The notes beneath the pieces are model-generated. The model was not told where the DNA came from and searched no databases. It worked only from the letters and a program-made list of their open reading frames with translations. Position numbers and translations under genes: made by a program. Shown here one piece after another: positions 41,141-53,945 of a DNA stretch of 64,000 nt (position 1 is its first letter; each line of letters starts with the position of its first letter). The stretch is from the human T2T-CHM13v2.0 reference genome, Homo sapiens. The stretch lies in assembly GCF_009914755.1 (NCBI RefSeq), contig NC_060935.1. One strand, given 5' to 3'.

Positions 41141-43964
41141 CTATTAAAATTATAATATCTCATCTATATAAAATTATACATTTTACTAGTTATCATTTCT
41201 TATTTTACTATAGTTTGATTATGCTGTATATATGTGTGCATTAGGAAGGAGCATATGTGAAATTTTGTGTCTGGTTGGTGCTAGAATAAAAGGAAAGAAC
41301 CAGAGTCTTCAAATGCTGAATCCTCTTCCTCCCTTGGTCTTTACTGTGACATTCTTTGCCCACCCTGGTGCTTCTTGCTGTGTTGGCATTGACCAGTAAC
41401 AACCAAGGCATTGCTTTTCATCTCCCCATATTATGTCCTACTTCCCCCTGATTTTGGCTTAGCAATAATTACCCAACATCATTAACATAATGAGAGAATT
41501 GCATGCACAGAAGATTTCAAGCCTTGATATGCTTGAAAAGCATAACCGGATTTTAGAGTATTATTTTGAATATGTCAATTTTGAATAACAAAAACTAAAT
41601 ATGTATTTTTATGTATTTTTTCCATAATAAATCATTTTCTAATTCTAAAGTAGATGGAGATTCACAATGGACAAGGTTCTTTTAAGCAGAAAGCACAAAA
41701 TAAACACACATTCATAAAATTACAATTATAAATAAATTATAGGAAATAGTTTGAGATCTAGAGTCTTAATACATAGGCTCCAGTCCATTCATTATCATTC
41801 ATGAATAAGCTAAGTTAAATCACTAAAGTTTTCTAAATCTTCTGATAAAAAAATTATGTTAGAAATTCCTCCTCCTAGATTTTTTTGAAGAATCAAATGA
41901 AATAATTTGAAAGGTCTTTGTTAAGAAAATACTAAAGAAATTAAATGCACTGGAAATTATAAAAAACTGTTTATTTCTGAATTATACTAACATTTATTCT
42001 TTGAAACTTTGTACATATATATTTCCAACTTAGAGATAACTTTAACAAATTTATGAAATTGTTACAGTGAAAAAGGATTTCCATGTTATTCATTCAAATC
42101 AAACAGTTAGCATCACGGTAGGAAAAAAACAGTAGTTAACATACAGTGTTTATGTAATATTCAAGCATGTTACCAAATGGATTAACCTGAGCATAGTAAG
42201 CAAGTTATTTTCAATATGATTAATGATCTTATTAAATTCATGTGAGCAAGCTGAGACTCTTCATTTCCAGAGAATTGTGCAGAAATTTAAAACGGGTCAG
42301 AGAGGGCATATGAAAATGAGTACAGAGCTGGAATTGGAATCCATAAGAAAGGTGAAAATAGTTTATATTGTTTCATGTGGATATGAGAAGGCTCCGTGTA
42401 TACGAAAAGTTATTTCAAGCTGGAAGATCAACAGCTGCCTTCAATTTCAATGGTGTTTCTAAGGAGAAAAGACACCTCTTATTATATAGTGAGTGATATT
42501 TACCTTAGAAGTCACAAAAGAAGTTTCCAGGTAACTGAAAAAATTGTATTCTATTCCTCAAAACTATAGAGACAATATATGGCTAGTGATCATGAGGTGG
42601 TCCTGTTTAGGAAGTGAGGAATGAAGACAATTACCTTTACCAACTAAATTTGAGAAAAATTAAACACAAATAACCAAAACAAGACCTATTTTTATTCTTG
42701 AGTCCTGTTTGTTTGCTTGTTTGGCATTGCCAGAATTGAAACCATATAAAATTTCTTAGATTCTCTTAAGCCACTTACAGTGTGTCACTTTGAAGAATAG
42801 ATCATCCATTAACTCTTTCATTCATCTGTGTCAGTAATCTTAGTTTTACCCAGGTGCTAATCATCTTTTTGATGAACATCCATGCTTACAAGTTCTGCCA
42901 GAGTGGTCCAGTTATTAACAAATTATCCCAGTTCATCTAAATTGAGGCATAGTGTAAATTCTAGTGAAAGAAATATTTAATCAAATTAAAACAAGTTTAA
43001 AAAAAATCTATCACAGTTGAGGGATTGCATTTTAATTAGGAAAAAAACAGTGACAAATGCATGAACATATCAATAAATGAAATTTCTTCCAACAATGACA
43101 TTTCTCTCAACAATAAAATGAACAAATTTTGGGCCATAACATTTTAACATTCTAAGAGAATAACATTTTCACATATAGGAAATGAACACGAAATTCCAAC
43201 AATTTCAGTAGTTTCTTTATTGGTGGCCAAGCAGGACATGGGGAGAGAATAAGTTTTGCAGTTAGTTTTATGTGCTATTTCAGAAATAGACTATTGCTTA
43301 CTGACTTGTCTATTTTATAGTTTACATAATATAAATTAATGGCATCTGGTCTCTGCCTTTGTTGTTCTCAGGCCATAAGATCCACATGTCACCCTGTGAT
43401 ATTTCCACCAGCTCCAGTAAAGTCCTAGGGTCTTTTTATTTTTCTGGGGTCTTCCTACCTGTGAATCAGCACTGCAGCCGCCAAGCAATGCCAATCATAA
43501 TGCTTGTCCAAAAACAGTATTCTATATTATAAACTACTCAGATTTTGACATTTGCCTCAACTCCTGCCCTTTGTGTGTTTTTTACCCAGTATACATGTTC
43601 AAAAAAACAATAGAGACATTATGTCTTATTGAGGGAATAAAGAAAGGGGACTAATTCTGTGAGTTGGTTACATTAAAGTTGTTTAAGAGAGATTCTATTA
43701 TAAAAGCAATAATAATGAAGCCATGAAATGCCAGCAATTAAAAAATTCCAAGTAAATGATTGTCATTAAGCAAAACAAAACAAATTGAATAAACCAAAAA
43801 CCAACCACATATTAATTTCTAAATGACTCAAATAAATTATGGAGTATGAATTCAGAAAGCAGCCAATGATTATGTTCTACTCTGGTGAATATTTACATTT
43901 TTCATTGTTTTTGTTTTGTTTTTGTTTTTGTTATTAACATTGACTTAAAAACAAAATTTTAAAT

Positions 43965-44095
43965 ACACTTGTGTATACTGCTTGGGTAATGGGTGCACCA
44001 AAACCTCACGAATCATCACTAAAGAACGTACTCATATAATCAAACACCACACGTTCCCCAAAAACCTATGGAAATAAAATTTTTTCAAAAAAATC
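43965..44095 (+). mobile_element. L1PB-type extreme 3' end
   Basis: gtgtatactgcttgggtaatgggtgcaccaaaacctcacgaatcatcactaaagaac...ttccccaaaaacctatggaaataaaa. Confidence 0.8.
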
Positions 44096-44328
44096 AAATG
44101 TGACTTGAAATTTAAACCTGTAAATTTCTAAACAAACAATGGTTTGCAGAAATTGAAGCTTAGATAATTAGTGGTATGTAATTGTATTGGACTGCTTGGA
44201 TCCATTTTTCCCAAAAAGTGTGATCCCCAGGCCATAAACATTAGCATCACCAGAGACTTGTTAGAAATGCACTTTTGAGCTTCTCCCAGACTTCCTGGAT
44301 TAGAAATTCTAAGATTTGGGTCAAGCAA

Positions 44329-44885
44329 TGTCAGATCCCAGGATATAGGTCCAACCCATGCTGAAGTTGGAGGGGAGTGGGTGGATGAGCAGGTGAATAC
44401 GGTTTTATTCTGCAGCAGCTCTCTTACACAGCTTACTCTAACTAGCTCTTTCACACTGTCCACCCTGTCTCGGCTGCTTAGTCTGGTGGCTCCCACACAC
44501 AGCTTCGCAGCTGGCTCTCCCCTGCCTTCAAGGTCAGCAGCTTAACTCCTTCTGTCTGCGGGCACGAACAAGCAAAGCTGTGTCCTGGCCCCTCCTGTCC
44601 ATCTTGCAGATGGACAGCTTTGGGTCTCTCTCTTTCTCTGGGCACCAATGTGCCTACACAAGAGCCATGCCCAGCCATGTTGAGCCAAGCTGAGCCCCCG
44701 TGCACAGCATCCATAAAGCAATTACCATCTACAGACAATAGTGGCTCCAAGCCAAGTATGAACTTATACAAACAGGTTATATAACAAGCGAAGGTGTGCG
44801 CCTGCATGCCAAACTCGCTGAGTCATTCTGGCTGGATATCTGCCTCGGCCTATTCCTTGACCAAAGCACGTCCATGTACCTTATA
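44329..44885 (-). mobile_element. 3' LTR (LTR18)
   Basis: Direct repeat of 46786-47389; minus-strand start tataaggtacatggacgtgctttggtcaaggaataggccgagg. Confidence 0.88.
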
Positions 44886-44896
44886 TTCCACCCCCT
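44886..44896 (-). promoter_or_regulatory. Polypurine tract
   Basis: Minus strand agggggtggaa abutting the 3' LTR. Confidence 0.8.
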
Positions 44897-45099
44897 AGGT
44901 TGAGGGAGACATAGGGTTTGGGCACACAAGCCCGGTAGACAGGCTTGACGCACATGCTTTAGTCATGCAGGCCCAACATATACACACAGGCTTGACACAT
45001 GAGCCTGACAGATAAACTTTGGGCACACTGGCCTGTTACATACATAAGCTTCAATAAACTGTCCAGCTCTTGGGGCAGATTACCATAGGTGTCACCTCG

Positions 45100-45955
45100 T
45101 CGTGATTACCATTCATGCTGCTCTGAGTTCAGCTCATTAGCTACTCTGTCTACACCTGCTTTCAAACCATATGGTGTCAGTATTAGGCTGGACTGCGACA
45201 ATAGTCCAGGCAGCAGTAGCACCTTGGCTAGACCCATCTGTATACCATGCCCTGTTAGGAATGGGGGGATGCCCTCCGTAATGGTGAAGGCTCAGGGTCT
45301 AGGGGTATCTCAGGCCCCATGGCCTTATCTTGCATTAGGACTACAGGTCCTAAGACTTCTTGTAACTCTGCTGCAAAGGGACTTGTACTTAGTGTACTCC
45401 ACTGTTCTAGGTAGGAGCCTCACTTCACTAAAGTGGATGTCTGTGCCGTCCCTATCTGGGGGGTCAATACCCATGAATACACCTATCCCGCTACCAGGTA
45501 AGTCATCTGTACGATGACTGTAACCCATCCTGCCACACCCTTATGAGCCTGAAGTGCAGCATATGCTGTCACTAACTGCTTTCCCAGTTGGGGGGTCAGG
45601 GGAGATGGTTACCCATGAACACACTCATCCTGCTGTCGGGTAAGCCGTCCACATGATGACTGTAACCCATCCGGCCATGCTCTTATGAGCCTGAAGGGGA
45701 GCATATACAATCACTAACTGCTTTTTTATTAATGAAAACTGGAGCTCAGCTCCCTTCCATAGTTGCAACCAAAAGCTTAGTGGCGCTTCCAAGCACTCCA
45801 TGCACTGCTATAGGCCCTAGTCAAACCTATTTGTGGTTACATGCACATCTAGTTTAAATTGCACCCCTAGTTAACTACCCATAGGGCTTGTGCCTACCGA
45901 ATAGCCTGCCTGGCTACCAGAAAGGCTGTTTCAGCCGCATCATCCCAGTTCCAGG
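45100..45955 (-). pseudogene. pol remnant (RT thumb/connection and first half of RNase H)
   Basis: Minus-strand translation: WNWDDAAETAFLVARQAI, SFWLQLWKGAELQFSLIKKQL, AWYTDGSSQG...QSS**AELRAA; multiple stops. Confidence 0.8.
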
Positions 45956-46439
45956 AAAGAGGGGCATTGGTGCTTCTAAACCTGCAGCAGAATCAGAGGT
46001 TAGCATAACAGCATCAACAAAAACATGACATATGGTGGAGCTATACACATAGCGCTGAAGCAACACTGTGCAAGTCCATTGTCACTCTCCCATGAAGGCA
46101 AACTATTCCTGGCTCTCTGGAGGGACATCAATGGAGAGGAATGCATTGGCCAAGTTTACCACACAGTGGCATCATCCCAGTTCCATTGTTCTCCTGTGGC
46201 TCATCAAGTCTGTGATAGACGGCACAGCTGCCAAGACTGGCAAAACATCCACCCCTAGAATGTCCCTCGGGCAGGACCGGATTGTGCAGCAATGCCCTCT
46301 TCCCGAATGACTTGCACTAAGTCTGTACAGGACTGCCGACATTACTTGCTTAACTCCCACAACTTAGCGGAGGCACAGGCACCACAGGAAATGTGTTCCA
46401 CCATGGGGGGGGCGGGGTATCTGGCCCACACTTGGGGCC

Positions 46440-46762
46440 TAACAGCTGCTCATGCTCCAGGCAACCTTGCAACGGAGGTTCTTCCTCCTCCCTGCACTGC
46501 TTTCTGCAAGGACTGGCCATGCACTTCCCGCAGCACAGTTACAAACGCCCATCTGACTCTCCCGGTAAAGGCATGCTTCTTCTCGGTGCTGTGTACTTCC
46601 AGGTGCTTCAGCACCTTCTCCACACTCGCAGGGGACCCGTCCACCGCCTCCCACATTTCCACTGTGGCTCATCCAAGCAGCACCGCTCCCACTGGGTACC
46701 ACAGCCGGTTCTGAGGCCACATAGCCAACCCGGGAGACCTCAGGGACTGAAGACCCACTCAC
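46440..46762 (-). pseudogene. gag N-terminal remnant
   Basis: Immediately after the PBS; LWYPVGAVLLG*ATVEMWEAVDGSPASVEKVLKHLE...WAFVTVLRE, with stop and frameshift. Confidence 0.65.
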
Positions 46763-46765
46763 CTC

Positions 46766-46783
46766 ATCCCATCCTCATTGCCA
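46766..46783 (-). promoter_or_regulatory. Primer-binding site for tRNA-Ser(GCU)
   Basis: + strand atcccatcctcattgcca vs recalled tRNA-Ser 3' end atcccatcctcgtcgcca (16/18, both differences CpG decay), 2 nt from the 5' LTR. Confidence 0.85.
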
Positions 46784-46785
46784 AT

Positions 46786-47389
46786 TGTCAGATCCCAGGG
46801 TCCGTGTCCAGCCCATGCTGAAGTCTGAGGGCAGTGGGTGGATGAGCAGATATAACACTGGGGGGCGCGTAGGCATGTGAATATGGTTTTATTCAGCAGC
46901 AGCTCTCTTACACAGCTTACTCAAACTAACTCATTTACACTGTCCGCCCTGTCTTGGCTGCTTAGTCTGGCGGCTCCCACACATTACAGCTGCGTGGCCG
47001 GCTCTCCCCTGCCATCAGGGTCAGCAGTTTAACTCTTTCTCTCTCTCAGCACAAGCAAGCCGAGCTGTGTCCTGGCTCCCTCCTGTCTGTCTGCAAAATG
47101 GACAGCTTTAGCTCTCTCTCTTTCTCTAGGCACCAGCGTGCCTGCACAAGAGCCGTGACCAGCCATGTTGAGCCAAGACGTGCCTCCGTGCATGAGCCTC
47201 TGTGCACAGAGTCCGCAGGGCAACTATACCTTCTACAGACAGTAGTGACTCCAAATCAAGTATGAACTTACACAAACAGGTTATAAAACAAGTGGAGGTG
47301 TGCGCCTGTGCACAAAGCTTGCTGAGTCACTCTGGCGGGACATCTGCCTTGGCCTATTCCTTGGCCAAAGCACATCCATGTATCTTACA
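46786..47389 (-). mobile_element. 5' LTR (LTR18)
   Basis: Minus strand TG...CA termini: tgtaagatacatggatgtgctttggccaaggaatagg ... gggatctgaca. Confidence 0.88.
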
Positions 47390-48574
47390 AGCAATCTGTG
47401 TTTTAACAAACCCTCCAGTTTATTCCACTCTATGCAAAAGTTTGAGAACTAGTGACCTACATTATTGTCAGTATGAAATCTTATTCTGCATTCCCATGAG
47501 ACCTTATTTTAAACTATCACTATACCTGATACTTCTATGAAGTCCCTGATAATATGAGAGTAGTAGAGGATGTGGCTTTCCCTACTGCAGCGTCAGATGA
47601 TCATGAGAATAAACATGTTTTTAATTATATACTATTTAATGTATTCATTTTAAAAATGGAAGGGAGATGGATAAAATAGAAAATTCATGTTTAGTAAATT
47701 ATCACAACTGAGTTAAATTTTGTCTTTGCCTCATCCCAATTATGTATATGTGGGCTAGCTAATAGATTCGTTACTTGATTGATTTTATTGTTTAGAAATA
47801 TTTGAGGATGCACTACATTTTTTTATGTTTTTGAGGTGATGCAGATACCACAATTTAAAAGTATGTCAGACAGTAATCTCAGTATGCTTTACATCCTCTA
47901 AGCCCATTTAGTTGCTCTGGATATTGCTGTGGCCATCAACTACCCTGATGACGTGTCCCCTCAGTGTGTTGATACAACACCTTGGACTTCCTTCCTGGGG
48001 ACTTTATTGGTGTTTTTAGGATTGCACTCACTCCTTCTAGCTCATGAACTGACTTAGAAATCTTGGGGAGTTCACATGCCCTGGGATAGCTTTTGTGCAA
48101 TAGTAGAAAGAACTGGGAAATGAATAGTCTCCTCTTCCATAGATTAGATGGGCAATTTTGAGGATCTTCACACATGGTTCTTCAAAGAGTGCCCAGTAGG
48201 ACTGAGCCTCAGTCACCCACAACAAAAAGCAGCTCAATCATGCAACCTTCACTGGGCTGTGCCTTGATCTGTGTTGCACTCTTGTGGATCACTTCTCTGA
48301 GTAAGCTATCTGCTTGTTGTGGAAACTGGAAAGGCAAAGACTCTGCTTTAATAGAAGTAGCGATCTAAATCTAGTTGTAGAGAGTAAATCTGGATGAGAA
48401 ATTGACAACTGAGCAAAAACAAACACAATAAATAACATCATTTTGATAGTTACAAAAGCTTTGTAAAACAATTAATGTGGTAATGTGCTAGCTAGCACAT
48501 GACTGTCAAGAAGTGCATTTTGTTAGCTAAGAGTGTAGTGACTAGTTTACAAGCTTTATCAGACAAGATAATTT

Positions 48575-48725
48575 TCTGGAGAGCTTAGAAACACACAGAT
48601 TCCTGGAGTCCATCCCATACTCTAAATTAGTGGGTATGGGTAGGAGCCTGGAAGTCCACCTTTCTAATAAGACCACAAGTGATGCTGCTGCTGGCGAGCT
48701 GGGTACCATAAATTAAAAACAACTG
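48575..48725. mobile_element. MER5-type DNA transposon remnant
   Basis: ctggagagcttagaaacacacagattcctggagtccatccc...tttctaataagaccacaagtgatgctgctgctg. Confidence 0.6.
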
Positions 48726-49399
48726 GATTAGAGGGATACTTGCTGAGATGTTACTCTGATCTGTAGCATGAAAAGGAGCCAGCAATACAAAGAACCCAAA
48801 GAAAAGGACCCCAAGTAAAGAGAGAATGAACAGTGCAAATGTTCTAGTAATAGAATTCATTAGCTCAGGTGTGAGTGTAGTAAGGTGAGTTTTTACACAG
48901 GAAGTTGAAAAAAGAAGGTAGAGAGAGGGTGAGGGTTATATGGAAAAGGTTTAATGGGAGTACATAGAGAACAGATCAGGTAGAGTAATATAGGTCATGG
49001 TAAACCATGCTTGGTTTTATTCTAAAGATAGGTTAAGTCACCAGAGGTTTTAAAAGAGATGTTATCTGAATTATATTTTTTAAGTGACTGTGTAGGATCT
49101 GTTGTAGTTGGATAAGAGTCAAGATAGAGAAGTTTCTCACATCTACAAAATAAAATTCCCATGCGTATTATAGAGAGAAATTGCACAGATTAGGTTGAAT
49201 GCATAAAATGTGCCAGAATAACATAGATTAGGTGATCATGTAAATATTATATATTATATGCAGAAATGGAAAACATGAATAAAATACATTTAGGAAACAT
49301 AAATGTGATTAATCAATATAAATGTCAGTATAAATTTTAGGAAGACATGTCATAAAGTTGAATCTGTGTGGACCAAAGTAAGATGTAGACTATGTACTG

Positions 49400-49680
49400 A
49401 TCAAGTGTTCAAATCTAGAGCCTCACTGCCTGGGTGTGACTTCTGGCCCTGCTCATCTCTAACTGAATTACTCTGAAACTCCCTGTGCCTTGACTTTCTC
49501 ATCTGTGAAATGGAACACATTAATAATAAATACCTTCACCTCATAAAAGTTTCCATGGGGATAGATTCAATGAGTGATTTTCTGTAAGTGTAAGTTACTT
49601 TATGATCAGTGCCTAGAACTTGGTAAGTCTTATAAGAGTATTTGCTATTATCATTATTGTTATTGCTGCTATTAGTCAGT
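49400..49680 (+). mobile_element. MIR
   Basis: tctagagcctcactgcctgggtgtga...ctgtgccttgactttctcatctgtgaaatgg...acctcata...cagtgcctagaacttggtaag. Confidence 0.75.
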
Positions 49681-50897
49681 AACAACTTATCAATTTTGTT
49701 TGGGTAGTAACAAAATGCCATTCTTAAAAGTGATAAAAGAAAATACTGAAACTGTATGGTGTGTGTGTGCGCACGTGTGTGTGTGTATAGGAGCAAGAGT
49801 GAATAGGTGAGGTGGTAACGGATAGAAGGTAACTAACTACAGACTGGAAATTGTAGGAAATATGTTATAGATTTGAGTTTTGAATTTTGGAGTGAAATTT
49901 TTTTAAAAAAGCAAAACTTATTGTATACTTTGGTAATTTTATTTTTAATATTTGGATGTGGGTGTTCGTATATATTTGAATATATATATTACAAGTCTCA
50001 AGAGGCTACTGCATTGGCCGTCTGATATGTGCAGTGGTCTTATGATATTTGGATGTCAGAAATAAATAAACAAAAATATAGACATATAGATAGATAGGAG
50101 TATGTGTATGGGTGTGTACATGTGTATGTGTGTGTAAAAGAGAGAGAACATGGCTGTATGATTGCCAAATTTTAACTTTTTCAATGACATAATTTTTTAA
50201 AAAACTGAGATGGCTGCTGAGTAAACAGAAAATTTAAAAATAACTAAAAATTAAACTAGATGTCAAACACTGCACAAAGTATTAGAAAAATAATTGATAT
50301 AACTTGAAATTTCATGAGCTATATAATAGGAAAGGTCAAGTGACATAGTTTTTCCTTTTACTATTAATAAATATCTGTATAATTTAAATAAATATGGTGG
50401 CCAATATAAAAATTTACTGTAACACTGTCATTTCATGTCTCATAAATTCTTGCCTACTTTAAATTTTGAAATGTATGAGAAAGCTAATAGGCATCCAATT
50501 TTTTATGTACATTCAATGCTATGATTGTCAGAGATAGTGTTAGAAAATCATTTATAAATATATGAAACAGACTATGATCTGCATTTCATCTATTGTATTC
50601 CCAAATAAAGACTTTTTAGAAATATATTGTTCCACAGTCATGAACAACTTTAGGACTTCTCTTCTTCAGCTGTATTCAAGACTTCAAACATAATTAAAGT
50701 CAAAACTCAAGTTTCCTTAAAATGAAAATATTCATTCTTTCCTGCAACTATTCCTCAGGAATCTTTTAAGAAGCAACACCCAAACACTAAGGGAATTAGA
50801 AATGACTAGATCTAAACACTCAAATACTTATGTCTTTCTCTTCTCCTCCTTCTCCTGATCCTTCTACATACACAACACAGGCAAAAACTTTAGTCAT

Positions 50898-51385
50898 TGT
50901 GATGCACAGCCAGTGAGCCCCCAGACTGGGGCTTAGCCTGGGTGGGTTCTTGGTTTTGTCTGGGAAAAATGTTAGGGCAAGTGATGGTGTTAGATGGTGT
51001 TAGACAGCAACTTTTATTAAAGCAGCAGTCTACAGCAGCAGCAGTGGTATTGCTGTTTGTGGAGCAGAGCTACCCCATAGACAGTTTGCCAGAGTAGCAA
51101 CTCAGAGACAGTCATGCAGTCATATTTATACTCTCTTTTAACTACATTCAAATTAAGGGTGGATTATGCAGAAATTTTTAGAAAAAAAGGTAGTAACTTC
51201 TGGGTCATCAGGTGATTGTCATAGAAAGAGGCAGTAAATTCAGGGTGTTGCCATTGCAATGGTAAACTGCCATGGCATTAGTGAGCATCTCTTATGGAAA
51301 GGTGTTTTTGCCTCTTCCCTGTTTCAGCTAGTCTTCAATCTGGTCCAGAATTTGATTCCCCACTTCTGGAGTCACTCCTATGTCA
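50898..51385 (-). mobile_element. ERV1 LTR (MER66-like, MER4 group)
   Basis: gtgagcccccagactggggcttagcctgggtgggttcttgg...aacttttattaaagcagcag...gctaccccatag...ttgccattgcaatggtaaactg; subfamily uncertain. Confidence 0.6.
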
Positions 51386-53945
51386 ACTTTTAATCATTTT
51401 TTAAGTCTGTATTTTGCCTATGTTTATTCATTTCATAAGCAAATATTCTCCCTGCTAGAGGGAACATTAAGTTTACATACATTAACCTTATTTAGGAGCT
51501 TGAGATGAGAGATCCATAAATCACCTTCAAAGCCAATATTTAAAATTGCAGGAAAAAAAACCAAACATGATCTTGTCTGGCTCATGGGCCCATCTAAGGG
51601 CCAATCAGTGGGCCAGGGTCCTGAGTACTATGAATTTCTCATTATGGGTCACATGGCCAATTCTGAGACTGAAGGTTTGAAGATTGAGGGTCTACTAATA
51701 GTAGGAGGAAGTAGATTGATTGACATTAATGAATTATTGCCATTGCATTGAACCTGTAAACTCTTGAAAATTGATAATTCTCAGTTCAATTTAATTAATG
51801 TTTAATGAGCACTTGGTATTTCTCTGCTAGATAATTAAGCAAATTAAAGAATATCAAGAAGAATCTCCATCCTAATGTTAGTAATAATAGAAGCTATAAT
51901 ATACTGAATACAAATACAAACATAGCTGTTCTACTCCTATTATATTTGACATTAACAACTAAACTTTGGGAGAACATATCTATTAATATTCTTCATTTGA
52001 TAGCTGGAATTTCTGAGCAATGGCAATATTATAACACTTCTACATCCTATAGGTGGTGTCACTACTAGAATTTACCTGATCCCCAAAGTCAAGTTTTTCC
52101 ATTATGCTCGTTTACTTCTCTCTGTGCATCATACTACTGCAAATAATCCAGACAGCAAAGACATAAAAAAAGAGATAATATTTTAATTATAAGTATGAAT
52201 TTAGTAGCAATATATCCTGTTTAGGGGAGGCTGATTTCCCAGAAAAGCAAGAATCTTTCTCAGATGAGAGAGGAAGAATAAATAAAACTTTAATTCAAAA
52301 CAATTGCATCTCTTGTTAGTCACAAACACAAGAAACAGAGAGAAGACAAACAAATATTTAGTAGATAAAACCTTTTGTAGGGCAGAACAATAATAAATTA
52401 CATATGCAAATATGTAGTCTGGATAAAAATAATACCTGAATGCAGAAAGGTATAATAAAGCAACTCTACTCTTACATAGTTACCATTATAGAGACTTTGT
52501 ATTTTTCCAGTTTATAGTTCTTACTTTAGAATTCAAAGTGTTCAAGGCTATTATAAAATATGGCACACACATTTTACTTTTGACGTTACATTTATTTCCA
52601 TAAGTTACAATTTCAGAAAAATAAATGAACAAAGGCATAAGATAATTTTAAGTTTATACAAAGCTATATATTATACTTACTATAATTATATAAGATGCAC
52701 TTAATATAAGTTGTGATATGTAAGTATATCTTACATACTTATATTAAGATTTAACTTAATATAACTTGATATGATTTGAAAAAATATAATTTAGATGTTC
52801 TAACTTTCATGGATAGAAGTCCATTAAGCTCTGTGTAATTTAGTGTGTTTGAGTTTACTATTATAAAACTGGAAAAACAGAAAATGAGGATACCTGGTGG
52901 TCTGGAGAGAACCATAAAAATAAAGAGAGGAGAAGTAAAGGAATATTCTAGACAGAGGAAAGTGCACAACTCGGACTATAAGCCCTTTCCTGGCCGAGGC
53001 CTGTGTTGTACACACATTGATTCTTTGTAGGGGGTAGCTTGTTGTTTCATAAACATTTAGTTGGTGCTAAATAAGTTTCATGTATTGATGGGACAGAGAT
53101 GAGAAATTCCAGAATATATTTAAGGTAAGAAGTGATATGAATATGTCAATTTCACAAAGCAACCGAAACAGAGAACCCAACCTACTGCCGTAATTTTGAA
53201 AAACTTCTACATGCTTCTTGCCCCAATTTTATTGACTCATATATACTTCCTCCAAAAATTGTCATACTTATAACTCTTCTATAATTCTTCCAGAAACATC
53301 TAAAATGGATTCACTGTACTAAGAAATTCTATTTAAATATAAAATTAGAGGAAAGCTTCCTGAAACTGAAACCCTGCCCTCATGATAATGGTGTCATAGC
53401 AGAGGTAAATGTAGTATAATGGGATATAAATTTAAGGGTGAAAAGACAGCAGGAGGAGATTGTATTACAATAATGAGGTGAAAGGACAGTGATGCCCCAT
53501 GAATAGTGGCTCTCATAAGGGTCAGAACATAGAAAATGTGTGTGTTAATGTCAGATCTATAATCTCCAGTTCTTACTCTTCATGAATATACTGGTTCTCA
53601 TTTCCTATGTTTACTCTGGTGATACTCATGTGAACAACCTTGAATTCAGGATGATAGTTATCTTGACTTAAGCACAGGGCTACAAAAAAGGCTAATTGGA
53701 TTCTGCGTATTTCCTGGCTTCCTGGTTGGGGAAAGCTGCAGGGTCTCATTGCTTAATTAGTGTTGACATAAAGTAAAATCAGAGACAGTAAAATGGTAGG
53801 ACTTAGCAGCAAAATACCAAAAAGAGCAGATATTCAATTTCCATTCATCTCTAAATGTCTATAATCTTAGGGAATCTGAAATCTTGTCATATTCTCTATT
53901 GTTTTATTTAGGAACTCAGCTTTAATGGCAATAATAATATCTATC

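Larger units (their letters stand above)
44329..47389 (-). mobile_element. HERV-S / HERVL18 (LTR18) provirus, internally deleted, 3061 bp
   Basis: Two LTRs, Ser PBS, PPT, perfect 5-bp TSD agcaa (44324-44328, 47390-47394), gag and pol remnants. Confidence 0.88.
44203..47455 (+). mobile_element. MER5A (hAT-Charlie) split by the HERV-S provirus (halves ~44203-44328 and 47390-47455)
   Basis: agcatcaccagagacttgttagaaatgca...tttgggtcaagcaa | agcaatctgtgttttaacaaaccctccag...aaagtttgagaactagtg. Confidence 0.8.

Noticed and set aside
46766-46783. tRNA-like sequence
   Set aside because: Only the 18-nt retroviral PBS; no tRNA body.
44128-47540. Dense cluster of overlapping ORFs (up to 142 aa) on both strands
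   Set aside because: Result of the higher GC content of the provirus; real gag/pol frames are broken and the + strand ORFs are antisense.
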